Assembly: GCA_049515895.1 (NCBI GenBank)
Contig: JBEKTQ010000010.1
Span: 66,259 to 130,258, forward strand
Source of the DNA: Candidatus Bathyarchaeia archaeon
GTDB lineage: Archaea; Thermoproteota; Bathyarchaeia; Bathyarchaeales; Bathycorpusculaceae
Direction of reading: 5' to 3'
DNA length: 64,000 nt
Position 1 is the stretch's first letter; each line of letters begins with the position of its first letter. Shown one piece after another: positions 40,435-51,297 of this stretch. A program made the translations under genes and the position numbers. The notes beneath the pieces are model-generated. The model saw nothing but the letters and a program-made list of their open reading frames with translations, searched no databases and had not been told where the DNA came from.

Positions 40435-40821
40435 CTACGTCAAATGCTTCAAAGGAGTACCTGGACCAATATTTTCTTCTTTCTTTGAGAGAAACTCTTT
40501 GACTGTGGGCACTACTTTTTTGATCTCGTGATATCCTACCATGCTGCCGATGACTCTACCTTGATAGAATACTTCCAGTGTGGGAACTGTTCGGACTCCT
40601 CTACTGTGAGCTAAGGTTCGATTTGCCTTGTTGCGAATAACATCGATTTTGACGAATCGTGCCTCTCCTTCTAACGATTCAGCTAGCTGCTCGTATACTG
40701 GACTAAACTTTATACAGTGCGGGCAGGACTGACCAAAGAACTCGACTACAACAGGCTCTTCAACATGCAGAACCTCTTTATCGAAGGAACCTGCAGTAAT
40801 CTCACAGATATTGGGCAACAA
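40435..40821 (-). CDS. Thioredoxin (CPHC, copy 1)
   Basis: VVVEFFGQSCPHC, VRTVPT. Confidence 0.9.
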   Translation of the reverse strand: MLPNICEITAGSFDKEVLHVEEPVVVEFFGQSCPHCIKFSPVYEQLAESLEGEARFVKIDVIRNKANRTLAHSRGVRTVPTLEVFYQGRVIGSMVGYHEIKKVVPTVKEFLSKKEENIGPGTPLKHLT

Positions 40822-41131
40822 CTATCACCTGTTTGGTTCTTGTTTTTTCGTGATTTTGATGTTTACCAAACCATTTTCAGTATTGTGCAAGTAATAAAGT
40901 TATGTGCCTGCGAATCCGCAACAAACGTGTTGTTATTTCTTTGGCGGGTTTGGCGCGCGCGCCGGTCGTCGGCTTTGGCTAACACTCGGTTGTTTTCTGA
41001 TATCTGGAATGATTATTTTGGAACTTACTTGGAAGGCGGATTGCCGCGTTTTGTTTTGAAAAACAAGTGCAACAAAACATGTGATTTAACTGAATAAGTC
41101 ACTAAGTTAATACTATTCGGTTGACTATATC

Positions 41132-43021
41132 TTGTTGAAGGGAAAACGTTTGTTTTCTTACGCAGGAAAAATTTTACGCGTTAACCTCACAACAGGAGAA
41201 ACAAAAACTACTCCTTTATCAGAAGAGATGGCTAAACAGTACATCGGCGGGATAGGTTTAGGCATCCGCTTGCTTATGGACAATTCAAAACCGGGCACCG
41301 ACCCTTTCGACCCAGATAACCCCTTGATTTACAGTGCTGGTCCGCTCAGCGGCACCATGGGTCCGACAGCTGGGAACGGTTACGCGGTTGTTTCCAAGTC
41401 ACCTGCTACTAGAGGAGTGGGCGAAGGCAAAGCACATGGGTTCTTTGGTCCAGACCTTAAACGTGCAGGATACGACGCAGTCATCATCACTGGTAAAGCA
41501 CCAAAATTATCATACCTTTGGATTGACGATGACAAAGTTGAAATCCGAAACGCTGAATACCTAAAGTACGCAACACCTTACGAGGCTGACCTTAAAATCC
41601 GAGATGAACTCGGCGACTTTTACATCCGTGTTTCAGCCATTGGCGAAGCTGGAGAGAAACTTTGCAGGTTTGCAGCCATAATAAACGATGAGTTTCGTGC
41701 CATTGGAAGAAGCGGCATGGGCGGAGTCATGGGCTCCAAGAACCTGAAGGCGGTCGCTGTCCGAGGAACACATGACGTTAACGTTGCAAACCTTGAAGGA
41801 TTTAGAGAATTCATCGAAAAGATTTTTGAACGCATGGAGGGTCCATCAACCAAGAAATACAAAACTTTGGGGACACCTGAAAATGTTCTTGTTCTTAATT
41901 CTCTTTTTGCGTTAGCTACAAGGAACTGGACTAATGCCAGTTTTGAGGGCGCAGACAAAGTCAGTGGTGAATACTTAAACGAGCACTTTGTTAAGAAAAT
42001 TGTCGGTTGCGCAACATGCGGTATGCGCTGCGACCATATTGCAGTTGTGTCAGAAGGGCCATACAAGGGTTCAACTTCAAGGCTTGAGTTCGAGTGTCTT
42101 TGGAGCATGGGCCCATTATGCGGTATTGACCGTTTAGACGCTATCATTGAAGCTATGCGAATCGTTAATGAGTATGGCATGGACGGCATATCCATCGGCG
42201 TCGTCGTCGCATTTGCCATGGACTGCTACGAGCACGGCATGATCACAAAAGAGCAAACTGACGACATTGATCTTCGTTTTGGAAATGCAGAAGCCTTAAT
42301 CGCTATGATCCACAAAATTGGCAAACGCGAGGGCTGGCTCGGAAACGCACTGGCTGAAGGTGTTGCGAAAGCTGCTGAAATCATCGGCGGAGACGCATAC
42401 AAGTATGCTTGCCACATTAAAGGCTTAGAATTACCCGGCTATGACATTCGAACGCTAAAGACTGCGGCACTTGGTTTCAGTGTATCGTTTCGTGGTGCCT
42501 GCCATCTAAGGAACGGAGCTTACTCACCTGATGTTAAAGGTAAGGTTAATCGCTTCAAGATTGAGAAAGGCAGGGGTAAATTGATTGCGGACGAAGGCAA
42601 CATGTACAACGTCATTGACTCGCTTATCGTTTGCAAGTTTAGCAGAGGCACATACTACGATGGCTGGAAGGACTTGGCGAACTATTACACATTAGCCACT
42701 GGGCTGCCTATGACTCCGGAAGAAATGACAAAGAGCGGTGAACGCATCGAAAATCTGGCGAAACTCTTCAACATTCGAGAAGGCAAAGGCACACGTAAAT
42801 TCGACACCTTGCCCTGGAAGATAAAGAATGTTCCAGTGCCTGATGAGGGACCTGCCAAAGGCATGTACGTTAGCGAGGAGGAATTTCAAGTTGGCTTGGA
42901 CGATTACTACTCTGTCAGAGGCTGGACTGCCGATGGAGTGCCCACAACTGAGAAGCTCAAAGCGTTAGATCTCGGCGACTTTGCGTATATTGCTGAGAAA
43001 GTAACCATAGGGAGCTCATAG
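41132..43021 (+). CDS. aor: Tungsten-dependent aldehyde:ferredoxin oxidoreductase family protein
   Basis: KSPAT, GRSGMGGVMGSKNLKA, CATCGMRC, YGMD, KGLELPGYD, RGACH. Confidence 0.93.
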   Translation: MLKGKRLFSYAGKILRVNLTTGETKTTPLSEEMAKQYIGGIGLGIRLLMDNSKPGTDPFDPDNPLIYSAGPLSGTMGPTAGNGYAVVSKSPATRGVGEGKAHGFFGPDLKRAGYDAVIITGKAPKLSYLWIDDDKVEIRNAEYLKYATPYEADLKIRDELGDFYIRVSAIGEAGEKLCRFAAIINDEFRAIGRSGMGGVMGSKNLKAVAVRGTHDVNVANLEGFREFIEKIFERMEGPSTKKYKTLGTPENVLVLNSLFALATRNWTNASFEGADKVSGEYLNEHFVKKIVGCATCGMRCDHIAVVSEGPYKGSTSRLEFECLWSMGPLCGIDRLDAIIEAMRIVNEYGMDGISIGVVVAFAMDCYEHGMITKEQTDDIDLRFGNAEALIAMIHKIGKREGWLGNALAEGVAKAAEIIGGDAYKYACHIKGLELPGYDIRTLKTAALGFSVSFRGACHLRNGAYSPDVKGKVNRFKIEKGRGKLIADEGNMYNVIDSLIVCKFSRGTYYDGWKDLANYYTLATGLPMTPEEMTKSGERIENLAKLFNIREGKGTRKFDTLPWKIKNVPVPDEGPAKGMYVSEEEFQVGLDDYYSVRGWTADGVPTTEKLKALDLGDFAYIAEKVTIGSS

Positions 43022-43314
43022 AAATAGTGCGACCGCTCGCGCTTGTGCAGCTAGAAGGTGGCAAACCCAGGCTATTCGTGTTCGAAGGAGACGAGATTAC
43101 GGAAAGAGCCGACATCTAACTAGCGCGCAGTTTGTCTTTGGCTACAGAGTGTGTGCGCGCTGAATTAGGTAAGACGTTGAAGCAAGTTTACGATGCCATG
43201 CTAACTGCATATCGCGCATGTAAGGATAAGAAGCAGGCGAAAGGAGTATCCACTATTTTATGAAAAGTCGGGTTGTAGACTGCCTTTTTTGTGAGTTGGC
43301 GGGCTACATTCGAA

Positions 43315-43473
43315 TTACATTTTCTTTTTAACTTTTTCTTCCAAAGCTTTCAGGCGGGCATCTAAATCGTCAAGTCTTTTCTTGTCGGCATGTACCGCTT
43401 CAGCGGTGTGTTTCTTAATGTTAGCGTCAAGTTCATCTAGTTTTTTCTTAATTTTTTCAATTTCACTGGACAT
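43315..43473 (-). CDS. 52-aa coiled-coil small protein
   Basis: MSSEIEKIKKKLDELDANIKKH...RLKALEEKVKKKM with GAGGTGA SD. Confidence 0.6.
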   Translation of the reverse strand: MSSEIEKIKKKLDELDANIKKHTAEAVHADKKRLDDLDARLKALEEKVKKKM

Positions 43474-43702
43474 GTTTTTCACCTCAACTATTTAGTTATC
43501 GAATTAGAAGATAAAGTTGTGTGGCTGTGACACAACAGAAGGTGCGACTGGGAATACACACTAGTAGCGCCGCGCTATCATAACGAAAAGCTTGTTAAAT
43601 TAGGGGTTGACAAGGTATTCGTTGTGATTTCAGTTTAAATTTCTTCAGGAATTCAATGAACCAATCCTTTTTTCTCCTGTAATCTAAAGTGCGTTGGAAG
43701 GA

Positions 43703-44077
43703 TCATTGGTGTTCTATAAATGTCTCTTTTGTAGCTTCTTTTTTCATATACGCCTTGAGTTTTTCGGGAGGTATACAACTCTTGAGATTAGGGCAATATT
43801 TGTTCGTATGAAAAGTCAGAAGCTCAGAAAGCGGTGCAAAAACTTCCATGTTCAAAGAGTAAAGCTTCTCTTTTCCAGAACTTTCTGAGCGCAATAGTGA
43901 AGAACGTTCCAGTAGTTTGAGGTTATGAGCGACTATGGTTTCCTCTTGTTCTAGAGTACCTGAAACTTCTGAAAGGTTTTTGGGACCTTCTTTTAGAACA
44001 TCAATTATGGCTAGACGCGTTCTGTTTGCTAGTGTAGAGAAAAACAAATAATATGCTTCGTTGGAGAAACCTTCCAT
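43703..44077 (-). CDS. ArsR/SmtB-family transcription regulator
   Basis: FSTLANRTRLAII, VAHNLKLL, YSLN; Cys/His in tail. Confidence 0.85.
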   Translation of the reverse strand: MEGFSNEAYYLFFSTLANRTRLAIIDVLKEGPKNLSEVSGTLEQEETIVAHNLKLLERSSLLRSESSGKEKLYSLNMEVFAPLSELLTFHTNKYCPNLKSCIPPEKLKAYMKKEATKETFIEHQ

Positions 44078-44678
44078 TTTAATTCACTATAGGAAGAACT
44101 ATCATTAATCCAAATTAAACTTACGTCCCGGAGTACTTTAGTTTTGCTTAATGTTCAGAAGTTGCGTAGTTTTTCAATGGTTACCCGAGAGTTTGAACGT
44201 CGGCCTGACCTGGGTTTGATGTAGCCCGGGATAGGTTCAAACTCTCGTTCAAACTTTTCTGTGCTACCCTCAATTTGCTACTTAAAATGTAGCTTAATGC
44301 TATTAAAATGCTATCATTATTGCTATTTTTTGATAGCACACCCGAGAGTTCGACAATTTTCATAGGTCATGTTATATCCATGTTATGGCGTCCCCGAAAA
44401 CCAAAATCCTGCTGGCATTGACTTCGAAAATGCTGTTTAATGCGACGTCTATTTAGGAAAAAGGGCTCGTGGTGGGCCGCTGGTTTTTTCTGACTCGAGC
44501 GAGAAAAAGTACTGTTTTTGGGTGTTTTTATTCTGAGACCTCCTTCTTTATGAGCTCCTTAAGCTGTTCAGCCAGGATAGATAGCTGATGAGTCTGTGTC
44601 TGTTCTAAGGTCTCAGTTATATTCCCCCGCAACAAAGCTTCTCTGGTTAGAATTTCTTCGGGATTTTCTCCGCGCGCG

Positions 44679-45095
44679 CTAAGGGCGTTCTACAACAAGG
44701 GCTTCCCAGATATCCTCAGCTAAAGTTTCGTTGGACAGTTGGCACAATACGTCAGATGCAACTAGAATTCCCGCAACCCCGCCGCTCTCGGTGACTGGAA
44801 GACGCCTTATCTTACGTTCGCCCATAATTCGGGCTGCTTTCTTCAGGGTAACATTAGCGTTGATTGTTATGAGGGGCGATGACATGACCTCCGAAACTGG
44901 AGTAGTGTGAGGCAGGTTTTTTGCGATGGCTCTTATAACAAGATCTCTCGCGGTTATGATGCCGACAGTAATTTTGCCATCAACAATCAGCAAACTACTA
45001 TAACCAGACTCATTCATGAGGTTAGCAGCTTCCAAGACTGTCCGGTTCGACCCTATATTAACGACAGGTTTCATTATCTCTTTAACTGTGCGCAT
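44679..45095 (-). CDS. CBS-pair protein
   Basis: GIITARDL, VMSSPLITI, IRRLPV; ATG at 45095; stop abuts (GC)n tract. Confidence 0.88.
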   Translation of the reverse strand: MRTVKEIMKPVVNIGSNRTVLEAANLMNESGYSSLLIVDGKITVGIITARDLVIRAIAKNLPHTTPVSEVMSSPLITINANVTLKKAARIMGERKIRRLPVTESGGVAGILVASDVLCQLSNETLAEDIWEALVVERP

Positions 45096-45392
45096 AATCT
45101 TCGTAATACACAGGTGAACAAAAATAAGGTTTTCTATGGCGCACGCCAGTCGTTGGTTATTCAGCTTTTTTGTGTTTAGTTTCTGTTCATCTTGTGAGCA
45201 AGGTTTTGGACCAGGCTTCTTTACCCTGTTTAATCGAAATGCAGCAACCATGGAAGCATCGCGATCGTTTTTTTTGTCCATCTTTGGTGATGCTATATTC
45301 CTTTGTGTTTCTGCCATACCTAACTACGCGGCCAGAACACAGGAAAAACCAAAAATTCTTTCTATTTTTTTGTCTCGCGCAATGAACCAACA

Positions 45393-45647
45393 TTATAGTC
45401 CTTGTTTTATCCTAGACCTGCCTAATGCAGTTAATTTTACAGACTTGAATTTATAAGGTGCTGTACCTAAGATTTGAAGCGATTTTACTAAACACTTGCT
45501 TTCGAGAAGTTCAACTGCGTCATTCAAGTTTTCTACTGATAGCTCTGTTTTTTGTTCCAATTGCTTGTTATCAATCCAGGTATTTCTATTTGCCTCATTT
45601 AGAGCATTAAGGACTTTTTTCATATCACCATCTATCGGAATTGACAA
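45393..45647 (-). CDS. Small winged-helix protein
   Basis: LEQKTELSVENLNDAVELLESKCLV...VKLTALGR. Confidence 0.65.
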   Translation of the reverse strand: MSIPIDGDMKKVLNALNEANRNTWIDNKQLEQKTELSVENLNDAVELLESKCLVKSLQILGTAPYKFKSVKLTALGRSRIKQGL

Positions 45648-45877
45648 GTTTAGTCACATCAGTAGTAGGTTCTCTGTAAGATAATAAGTTTTACTAAGAG
45701 AATTCTAAGGGTCTGTTACTTGTAAATCGCGCGCGCATTTTGCAGCAGTTCACCTCGGGGAAAACAGCTCGCGAACGAGTGCCCTCCTATTCCCGTTACA
45801 AGTTCATGCTTTGAAATATGACTTAGCAAAAAATCGGACTTCTAACCTCAAGCACGCGCTCCACCATGGTGTTCAAA

Positions 45878-47005
45878 TTAAAACATCATCTTTCCACCCT
45901 TTTGTTGGACATTCTGGTCTAGTTCTTTGGCCAGCTCTTCCAGTAGGGCCCTTTGACGCTGAGTCAGCTTTTCAGGGACAACCACATTCACACGAACTCG
46001 CAGATCGCCTCTGCCATATCCTCCAATTCTCGGCATGCCCCTGCCTTTAACCCTCAGAATCTGCCCAGACTGTGTTCCAGGATGAATTCTCAGGTTAGCC
46101 TTTCCTTCGATCGCTGGTATTGTGACTTCCGCGCCTAAAGCTGCTTGAGTAAAGCTAATATTTAGATTGTACAAGAGATTGTCTCCGTCTCTTCTGAAGT
46201 ATTGATGAGGCGCCATGTGAATCAGAATGTATAAATCTCCTGAGGGGCCTTCGCCAGTCGGTGCTTCTCCTTGTCCTTTAAGCCTAAGCTGATATCCTTC
46301 ATTTACGCCAACCGGTATCTTCACCGTAATCTTTCGCGCCCTTTTTACGCGGCCTTTTCCCTTACAGTTTCTGCACGGTGAAACAATGATTTGGCCTCTG
46401 CCTTTGCAAGCAGAACACGGCACGACCTGCACAAACGTGCCAAATTCGCTTCCGCTTGTGTTTTGGAGCTTTCCAGACCCTTTGCACTTTGGACATGTTT
46501 GCACAGAAGTGCCTGGGGCAGCTCCAGAGCCCCCACAGACTTCGCATCTCTCAATTCTTGGGATCTCAATTTCCTTTTCAACACCGCGCGCTGCTTCTTC
46601 AAGGGCTATGTTAACTTCGCAGCGCAAATCCCGACCGCTGATAACTTCCTGTCTTTCTTCGAAGTCTCGACCCCCGAAGAAAACGTTGAAGAGATCTCCA
46701 AAACCGGAACTGACTCCCATGTCGCGAAATATCGAGTCGAAATCTGCACCTCGGAAAATGTCCTCCCGACTATACCTTTGATCAAATCCAGCGCCACCCA
46801 AATTGTCATACTGTTGCCGCTTCGCATCATCCGACAGCACTGCGTAGGCTTCGGATATCTCCTTGAACTTCTCTTCAGCTTCCGGAGACTTGTTCCTGTC
46901 AGGATGATATTGCAGCGCTAGTTTCCTGTAGGCGTCTTTTATCACGTCTTTGGAAGCATCCTTTGGAACACCTAGAATCTCGTAGTAATTCCTTTTTTCA
47001 GTCAT
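45878..47005 (-). CDS. dnaJ: Chaperone DnaJ (class A)
   Basis: HPD J-domain, four CxxCxGxG repeats. Confidence 0.96.
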   Translation of the reverse strand: MTEKRNYYEILGVPKDASKDVIKDAYRKLALQYHPDRNKSPEAEEKFKEISEAYAVLSDDAKRQQYDNLGGAGFDQRYSREDIFRGADFDSIFRDMGVSSGFGDLFNVFFGGRDFEERQEVISGRDLRCEVNIALEEAARGVEKEIEIPRIERCEVCGGSGAAPGTSVQTCPKCKGSGKLQNTSGSEFGTFVQVVPCSACKGRGQIIVSPCRNCKGKGRVKRARKITVKIPVGVNEGYQLRLKGQGEAPTGEGPSGDLYILIHMAPHQYFRRDGDNLLYNLNISFTQAALGAEVTIPAIEGKANLRIHPGTQSGQILRVKGRGMPRIGGYGRGDLRVRVNVVVPEKLTQRQRALLEELAKELDQNVQQKGGKMMF

Positions 47006-47162
47006 TACTTACCTGTCTCTTAACTTTGGACTTGAAACAACTACTATATAATAATTGCAAAAGAAGCGCTTTGCACGCGCTTGTTCTCTGACTATCTGGA
47101 AGCGCTTGCTATATGCGCGCGCGAGTTTTCTGAAAAACTATTAATTAGTCGCTTAGCCTAAA

Positions 47163-47582
47163 GTGAATGTTGAGGTTTTTAATCTGGTATCTGAAAAAGT
47201 GGTCCATTTTGAAGGAAAAAACAAGGACCTGAATCAACTATCACTGCAGATCGTTCAGCATCTAAAAGCCGAAGGCTACAAAACACAGACAGCCACTAAG
47301 CCTTTGGGAATAATCATACAAGCGCAGAAGGCCGGGATTTTGAGGGGTATCATCACTGCTGACAGAGCGTTCAGCATTCTAATAGCGGGACAGCCGAATG
47401 ATTTCGCAATCCACGTAGGCATAGGCAAATGGATCCAGAACTTAGCAGTGGCAGCAGTCGAAGCCGTCTTAACGTCCATGCTGTTTCTAGCCGTTGACGT
47501 GCCCGAAATGCTGTGGACTCGCGAGGTAGAAAAAGGAATCATCAAGGAAATAACGGGTATTGTCGTAACTGGCGATAGTTAA
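47163..47582 (+). CDS. Hypothetical protein
   Basis: Clean ORF with TATA-like element upstream. Confidence 0.65.
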   Translation: MNVEVFNLVSEKVVHFEGKNKDLNQLSLQIVQHLKAEGYKTQTATKPLGIIIQAQKAGILRGIITADRAFSILIAGQPNDFAIHVGIGKWIQNLAVAAVEAVLTSMLFLAVDVPEMLWTREVEKGIIKEITGIVVTGDS

Positions 47583-47862
47583 TTGTTGATGCAAGAATTC
47601 ATGCCAAGTCCAGACATGATCCGCTCAAACTCGTTAAGGAAATTCCAATAAAACTGAAACAGGCAAATCGAACAAACAAGCCCTCCACGGCTGGTTCTGG
47701 CAGCCCAAGGCTTGTCGCGGATTGGGAGGCATAGAGTAAGACAAATCAAAATTTATTTTATATTTTTTATATGTTCTGATGATAAGGTAAAATCAGGCAA
47801 GCTTTTCTCCCTCTATACCCCAAGATTTTGGAAGGCCTTGCGCATGCCCAGATCAGCGCGTG

Positions 47863-48744
47863 CTAAAATTTTAAACTTTCGACGAGAATTCTCTTCATTA
47901 TTCCCAAGCCATGTCGGAGCTTAAGCTTTTTCTCGCCCAGCCTAATCCGGTAATCAATTGGGATTTCAACAATTCGGTAACCTTTACGCCCAACAATCGC
48001 GTTCATTTCAGCTTCCACGTCGAAGCCTTTGCTCTTGGGTTTCCAGCCTTCGAGTATTTCACTCCTAACAACACGCTGACCAGACAGAGGATCATTAAGC
48101 TTAACACCGTTCATTACGAACTGGGCAAGCGTCCAAAGAGCCATGCTGAGTCCGTCAGTCATCATAGTTGAAGCGCTACCGACCAGGCCAAAACTAGTAA
48201 GCACCGTGCTCAGGCTTGTAAACGCGCCAATAACACTTGGGATAATGGTTAGTGAACTCATCATTATTGTTTGGTTCATGTTATTTTGTGCGTCTTGTAC
48301 CCGTTGCTGGGCGACAGAAAGCGCGTCCCGGGCAGCCTTAAGCTTGTCTGCTGCGTCTATCGCTTGTTGACTGTTAGGACCATACTTAGCCACGGCTTCT
48401 TTGTACTTTTCTTGGGCTGTCTGCACGCCATTAGTGTCCTTCTCAACAACTACGTGAGCTCTATCCAGAGACGTCTCAGCACTTTCAAGGCTATGGACGC
48501 TGGTAACTAAACCAGCAGCACTGAGAACAGCTGTATTCATAGCCATTGCATTCTTGGTAAAACTGCCACTGCTAACCTCGGATGCCGACGCAATCTGACT
48601 ACTTGAAGCGCTAACGTCTTCCGCAGCCTGCGAAGCGCCGTTCGTTACAGTGGTGAATCATTCAGTGGCGCTGCTGCTGATGTCTTGGAAAACGCTTGAT
48701 GCTTCAACAAACGCTGTAATGTTAAACTCAACATTCGCACTCAT
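47863..48744 (-). pseudogene. Chimeric pseudogene: tape-measure-like N-terminus fused to GT2 (DPM1-like) C-terminus
   Basis: ATG 48744, in-frame TGA 48658-48660, Ala/Ser-rich helical region, then NDPLSGQR..GFDVEAEM..EIPIDYR.RLGEKKL. Confidence 0.65.
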
Positions 48745-48832
48745 AGCTATCCCTCACAACAATTAATTTGCAAACCCTAATCCCAAAATTAATAAAAGAA
48801 CGCAAAAGCTAACCTAACTTTAGGTGATTTGT

Positions 48833-49231
48833 TTGAAAGGCTATAACATTTCAATCGAGAAAGAGACAAGAAAGAATACTGATTTCCGTCGAGTCCTATA
48901 CACGGGAAAGAACAGTCAACTTGTCTTGATGAGTCTTCAACCTATGGAAGAAATCGGAATGGAAGTTCATAGTCACATTGACCAGTTCTTCCGGTTTGAA
49001 GAGGGCGAAGGCAAAGTCGTTATAGATGGAGTGGAACACAAGGTAAAAGACGGAGACGCCGCAATCGTGCCCGCAGGAGCCAAACACAACGTCATCAACA
49101 CGTCAAAGAAAGATACACTCAAGCTCTACACAATATATTCGCCGCCAGAACACCAAGACAAGGTTGTAAGACACACTAAAGCAGACGCAGAAGCCTCACC
49201 AGAAGAATACGATGGAAAGCCAACAGAATAA
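48833..49231 (+). CDS. Cupin domain protein (copy 2)
   Basis: Near-identical to 38350-38748. Confidence 0.92.
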   Translation: MKGYNISIEKETRKNTDFRRVLYTGKNSQLVLMSLQPMEEIGMEVHSHIDQFFRFEEGEGKVVIDGVEHKVKDGDAAIVPAGAKHNVINTSKKDTLKLYTIYSPPEHQDKVVRHTKADAEASPEEYDGKPTE

Positions 49232-49255
49232 CAAAACAAGGCTTGAGCGCAAAAA

Positions 49256-49738
49256 TCAAATAGTAATCAGAGTTAGCCTTGATTGACAGCCACTTTTTTC
49301 TATTTTCTCTTTGTAGTTATTGACTATCGCGGAATCAGCGTTAAAGAAAACAACAACCAGGTTATCTAAGCCTTCCAAATAAGTCTTAATTTGGCTGCAT
49401 AGGCAATCTAGTTCCTTCTGATCCGGCTTGAACATTACCTTAAGACCAGTTCTACCAAGTGTAGCTTCAGCTCCCAAGTTGTCGTCATTTTGGCTTAGTT
49501 TTATTTCAGGAAATCTTTGCTGCAGATGATTCATCAGTGAATTGACGCATGACTTTTTGCTGTTAAGTGTCATAGTAAGGGGCGCAACTTTTTTGAATTC
49601 ATAAATTTCGTTAAGCAACCAATTACACTCACACTGCATGGCAAAGGTTCTTTCCGAGTTAGCTTTCTTTTCTTTGCTTTCAGACTTTCGTTTGGCATTG
49701 TTGCGTTCCTTTTTAGGCATGTTCCCACTTTCTGCCAA
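49256..49738 (-). CDS. Hypothetical protein
   Basis: 160-aa ORF within provirus relic. Confidence 0.55.
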   Translation of the reverse strand: MAESGNMPKKERNNAKRKSESKEKKANSERTFAMQCECNWLLNEIYEFKKVAPLTMTLNSKKSCVNSLMNHLQQRFPEIKLSQNDDNLGAEATLGRTGLKVMFKPDQKELDCLCSQIKTYLEGLDNLVVVFFNADSAIVNNYKEKIEKSGCQSRLTLITI

Positions 49739-49793
49739 TTCGAAGCTGTTTATTCTTTTGCATTAAGTCTTAGCGCTCTTATCAAGTTATTTC

Positions 49794-50092
49794 TCAAAGT
49801 CTTCGGATAAACTCTATTCCAGCTAACAATATTTGAATTTGAAGACGACTAAGCTGCCCTCCCCGCTCTAAGTCGTAGGCGGGAAAGTAGTGGCAGATTA
49901 GGAGGATGCTTTGCAGTTCGCTGCTGCTGTTGAGCCAGGCCTGGACGTCTTCTTGGCTGGTAAGAAACTTGCATTCAAAACGGTTTCCTGGAGAACTCTG
50001 GAAACGTCATATGGCAAGGCTCTTAGTTTTTCAAGAGTAACATCGGAATCAGCGGCTGCCATCGACCTAAACAAAGCCTGCAGATTGCGCTC
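49794..50092 (-). pseudogene. 5'-truncated tail assembly chaperone-like G/GT overlapping frames
   Basis: ERNLQALFRSMAAADSDVTLEKLRALPYD...ASFLPAKK and -1 frame FLTSQEDVQAWLNSS...LSRLQIQILLAG. Confidence 0.45.
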
Positions 50093-50285
50093 TCACGCGC
50101 GCTACTATATCTTCAGCGTATTTCCTTGCAGAACCACAAGGTCTAAACTCCAAGAGTTAATTGGTGGTTTACTTGCTTGTCAGTTGAATCATTCATTGCT
50201 CAACATCAGGGAGACGACTATAATAGATAGCGCCATAGAGATTCCAAGCGGCGCATTTGCAAGCGAAAGTTCGGGAAAAAAATGG

Positions 50286-51068
50286 ATGAGGAAAAATAAA
50301 CCTTTACAGAAAAATGATTCATTCCAAAAGTTACAAACCGCCTCCAATTCCACGAGAAATCATGTCAGAGGACTGCACAAATACTGGCATTATCTATTCG
50401 TAATTTCCGTTCTAACAGTATTGCTGAGCGTACTAGCTCTAATTAATGGATATTTTCATTTAATCACCATCTCGCCCTATAGTACAAGTCAGCAAAATGT
50501 GTCGTCGGTAACTTTAATGTCGGGATACCTTGGCATGTTCCTCAGCATCACATTTTCACCAGTTCCCGATTACTTTCTCGTCCCAGCATACGGCTATCTA
50601 TCAATGATTGGGATATTCAATCCATATTACACTTTCATCTTATGTCTATTGGGCTCCTTGGTTCCCATAGAATACTTATGCGGCAGATTTGCGGCCAGAC
50701 CCTTACTGAAGAAAGTTCTGTCTTTCATGCGCATATCCGAGCAAAACCTGGAAAAGACAGATAACTGGTTAATAGAGCACGGGAAATTCTCCATTTTCAT
50801 ATCCACCTTCATCCCCTTCTTTTACAGTGCGGCTTCTCTGGCTGCCGGGACTCTAAAAATGAAATTAACCGAATTTTTTCTGTCTAGCACCGCAGGCTTC
50901 GCGTTAAGATTCTTATTCTTAGAGGCCGTGGGCTACTATGGCATCTATGTATTCACATCATCGTTTGATTACTCCCAGAGGAACTTGTTCTTTGTGCTAC
51001 TGCTGCTTTCATCTGTTTACGTTGCTATTCATCTTGTAAGAGTTTTAGCCCGCAATTGGATTAAGTAA
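50286..51068 (+). CDS. DedA/VTT-family membrane protein
   Basis: SPVPDYF, YLCGRF, FISTFIPF, AGTLKM; start ATG 50286 rather than 49911. Confidence 0.85.
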   Translation: MRKNKPLQKNDSFQKLQTASNSTRNHVRGLHKYWHYLFVISVLTVLLSVLALINGYFHLITISPYSTSQQNVSSVTLMSGYLGMFLSITFSPVPDYFLVPAYGYLSMIGIFNPYYTFILCLLGSLVPIEYLCGRFAARPLLKKVLSFMRISEQNLEKTDNWLIEHGKFSIFISTFIPFFYSAASLAAGTLKMKLTEFFLSSTAGFALRFLFLEAVGYYGIYVFTSSFDYSQRNLFFVLLLLSSVYVAIHLVRVLARNWIK

Positions 51069-51297
51069 TTAAAGCGCAGTTGATTGCGCGTATGACTACA
51101 CCTATTTAACCTGGTTAACTAAGCGCGCGCGTTTTCAATTCATCATATTTCTGTCTCAATTGAGCTTTATAGGGTTAAATGTTTACACTTGCAATAAATG
51201 CGGTAACCATTTCAAGGTAATTAGCTAAAGGCTACTTAGATTAGGCACAAAAGACGCCGAGAAAGCAAACAAGATCTTTCGGAGACCCATATTTCGC

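Noticed and set aside
45096-45317. N-terminal extension of the CBS ORF
   Set aside because: No domain signal; TATA-like element and ATG at 45095 fit a plain CBS pair
46584-46590. CGCGCGC inside dnaJ
   Set aside because: Lies in an intact reading frame (Ala-Arg codons), not a junction
48658-48660. In-frame TGA as selenocysteine or readthrough
   Set aside because: No Cys-homologous redox context or SECIS seen, and the gene is otherwise truncated and chimeric
49911-50285. N-terminal extension of the DedA ORF
   Set aside because: Crosses a GC junction and is antisense to a virus-like fragment; real start is likely 50286
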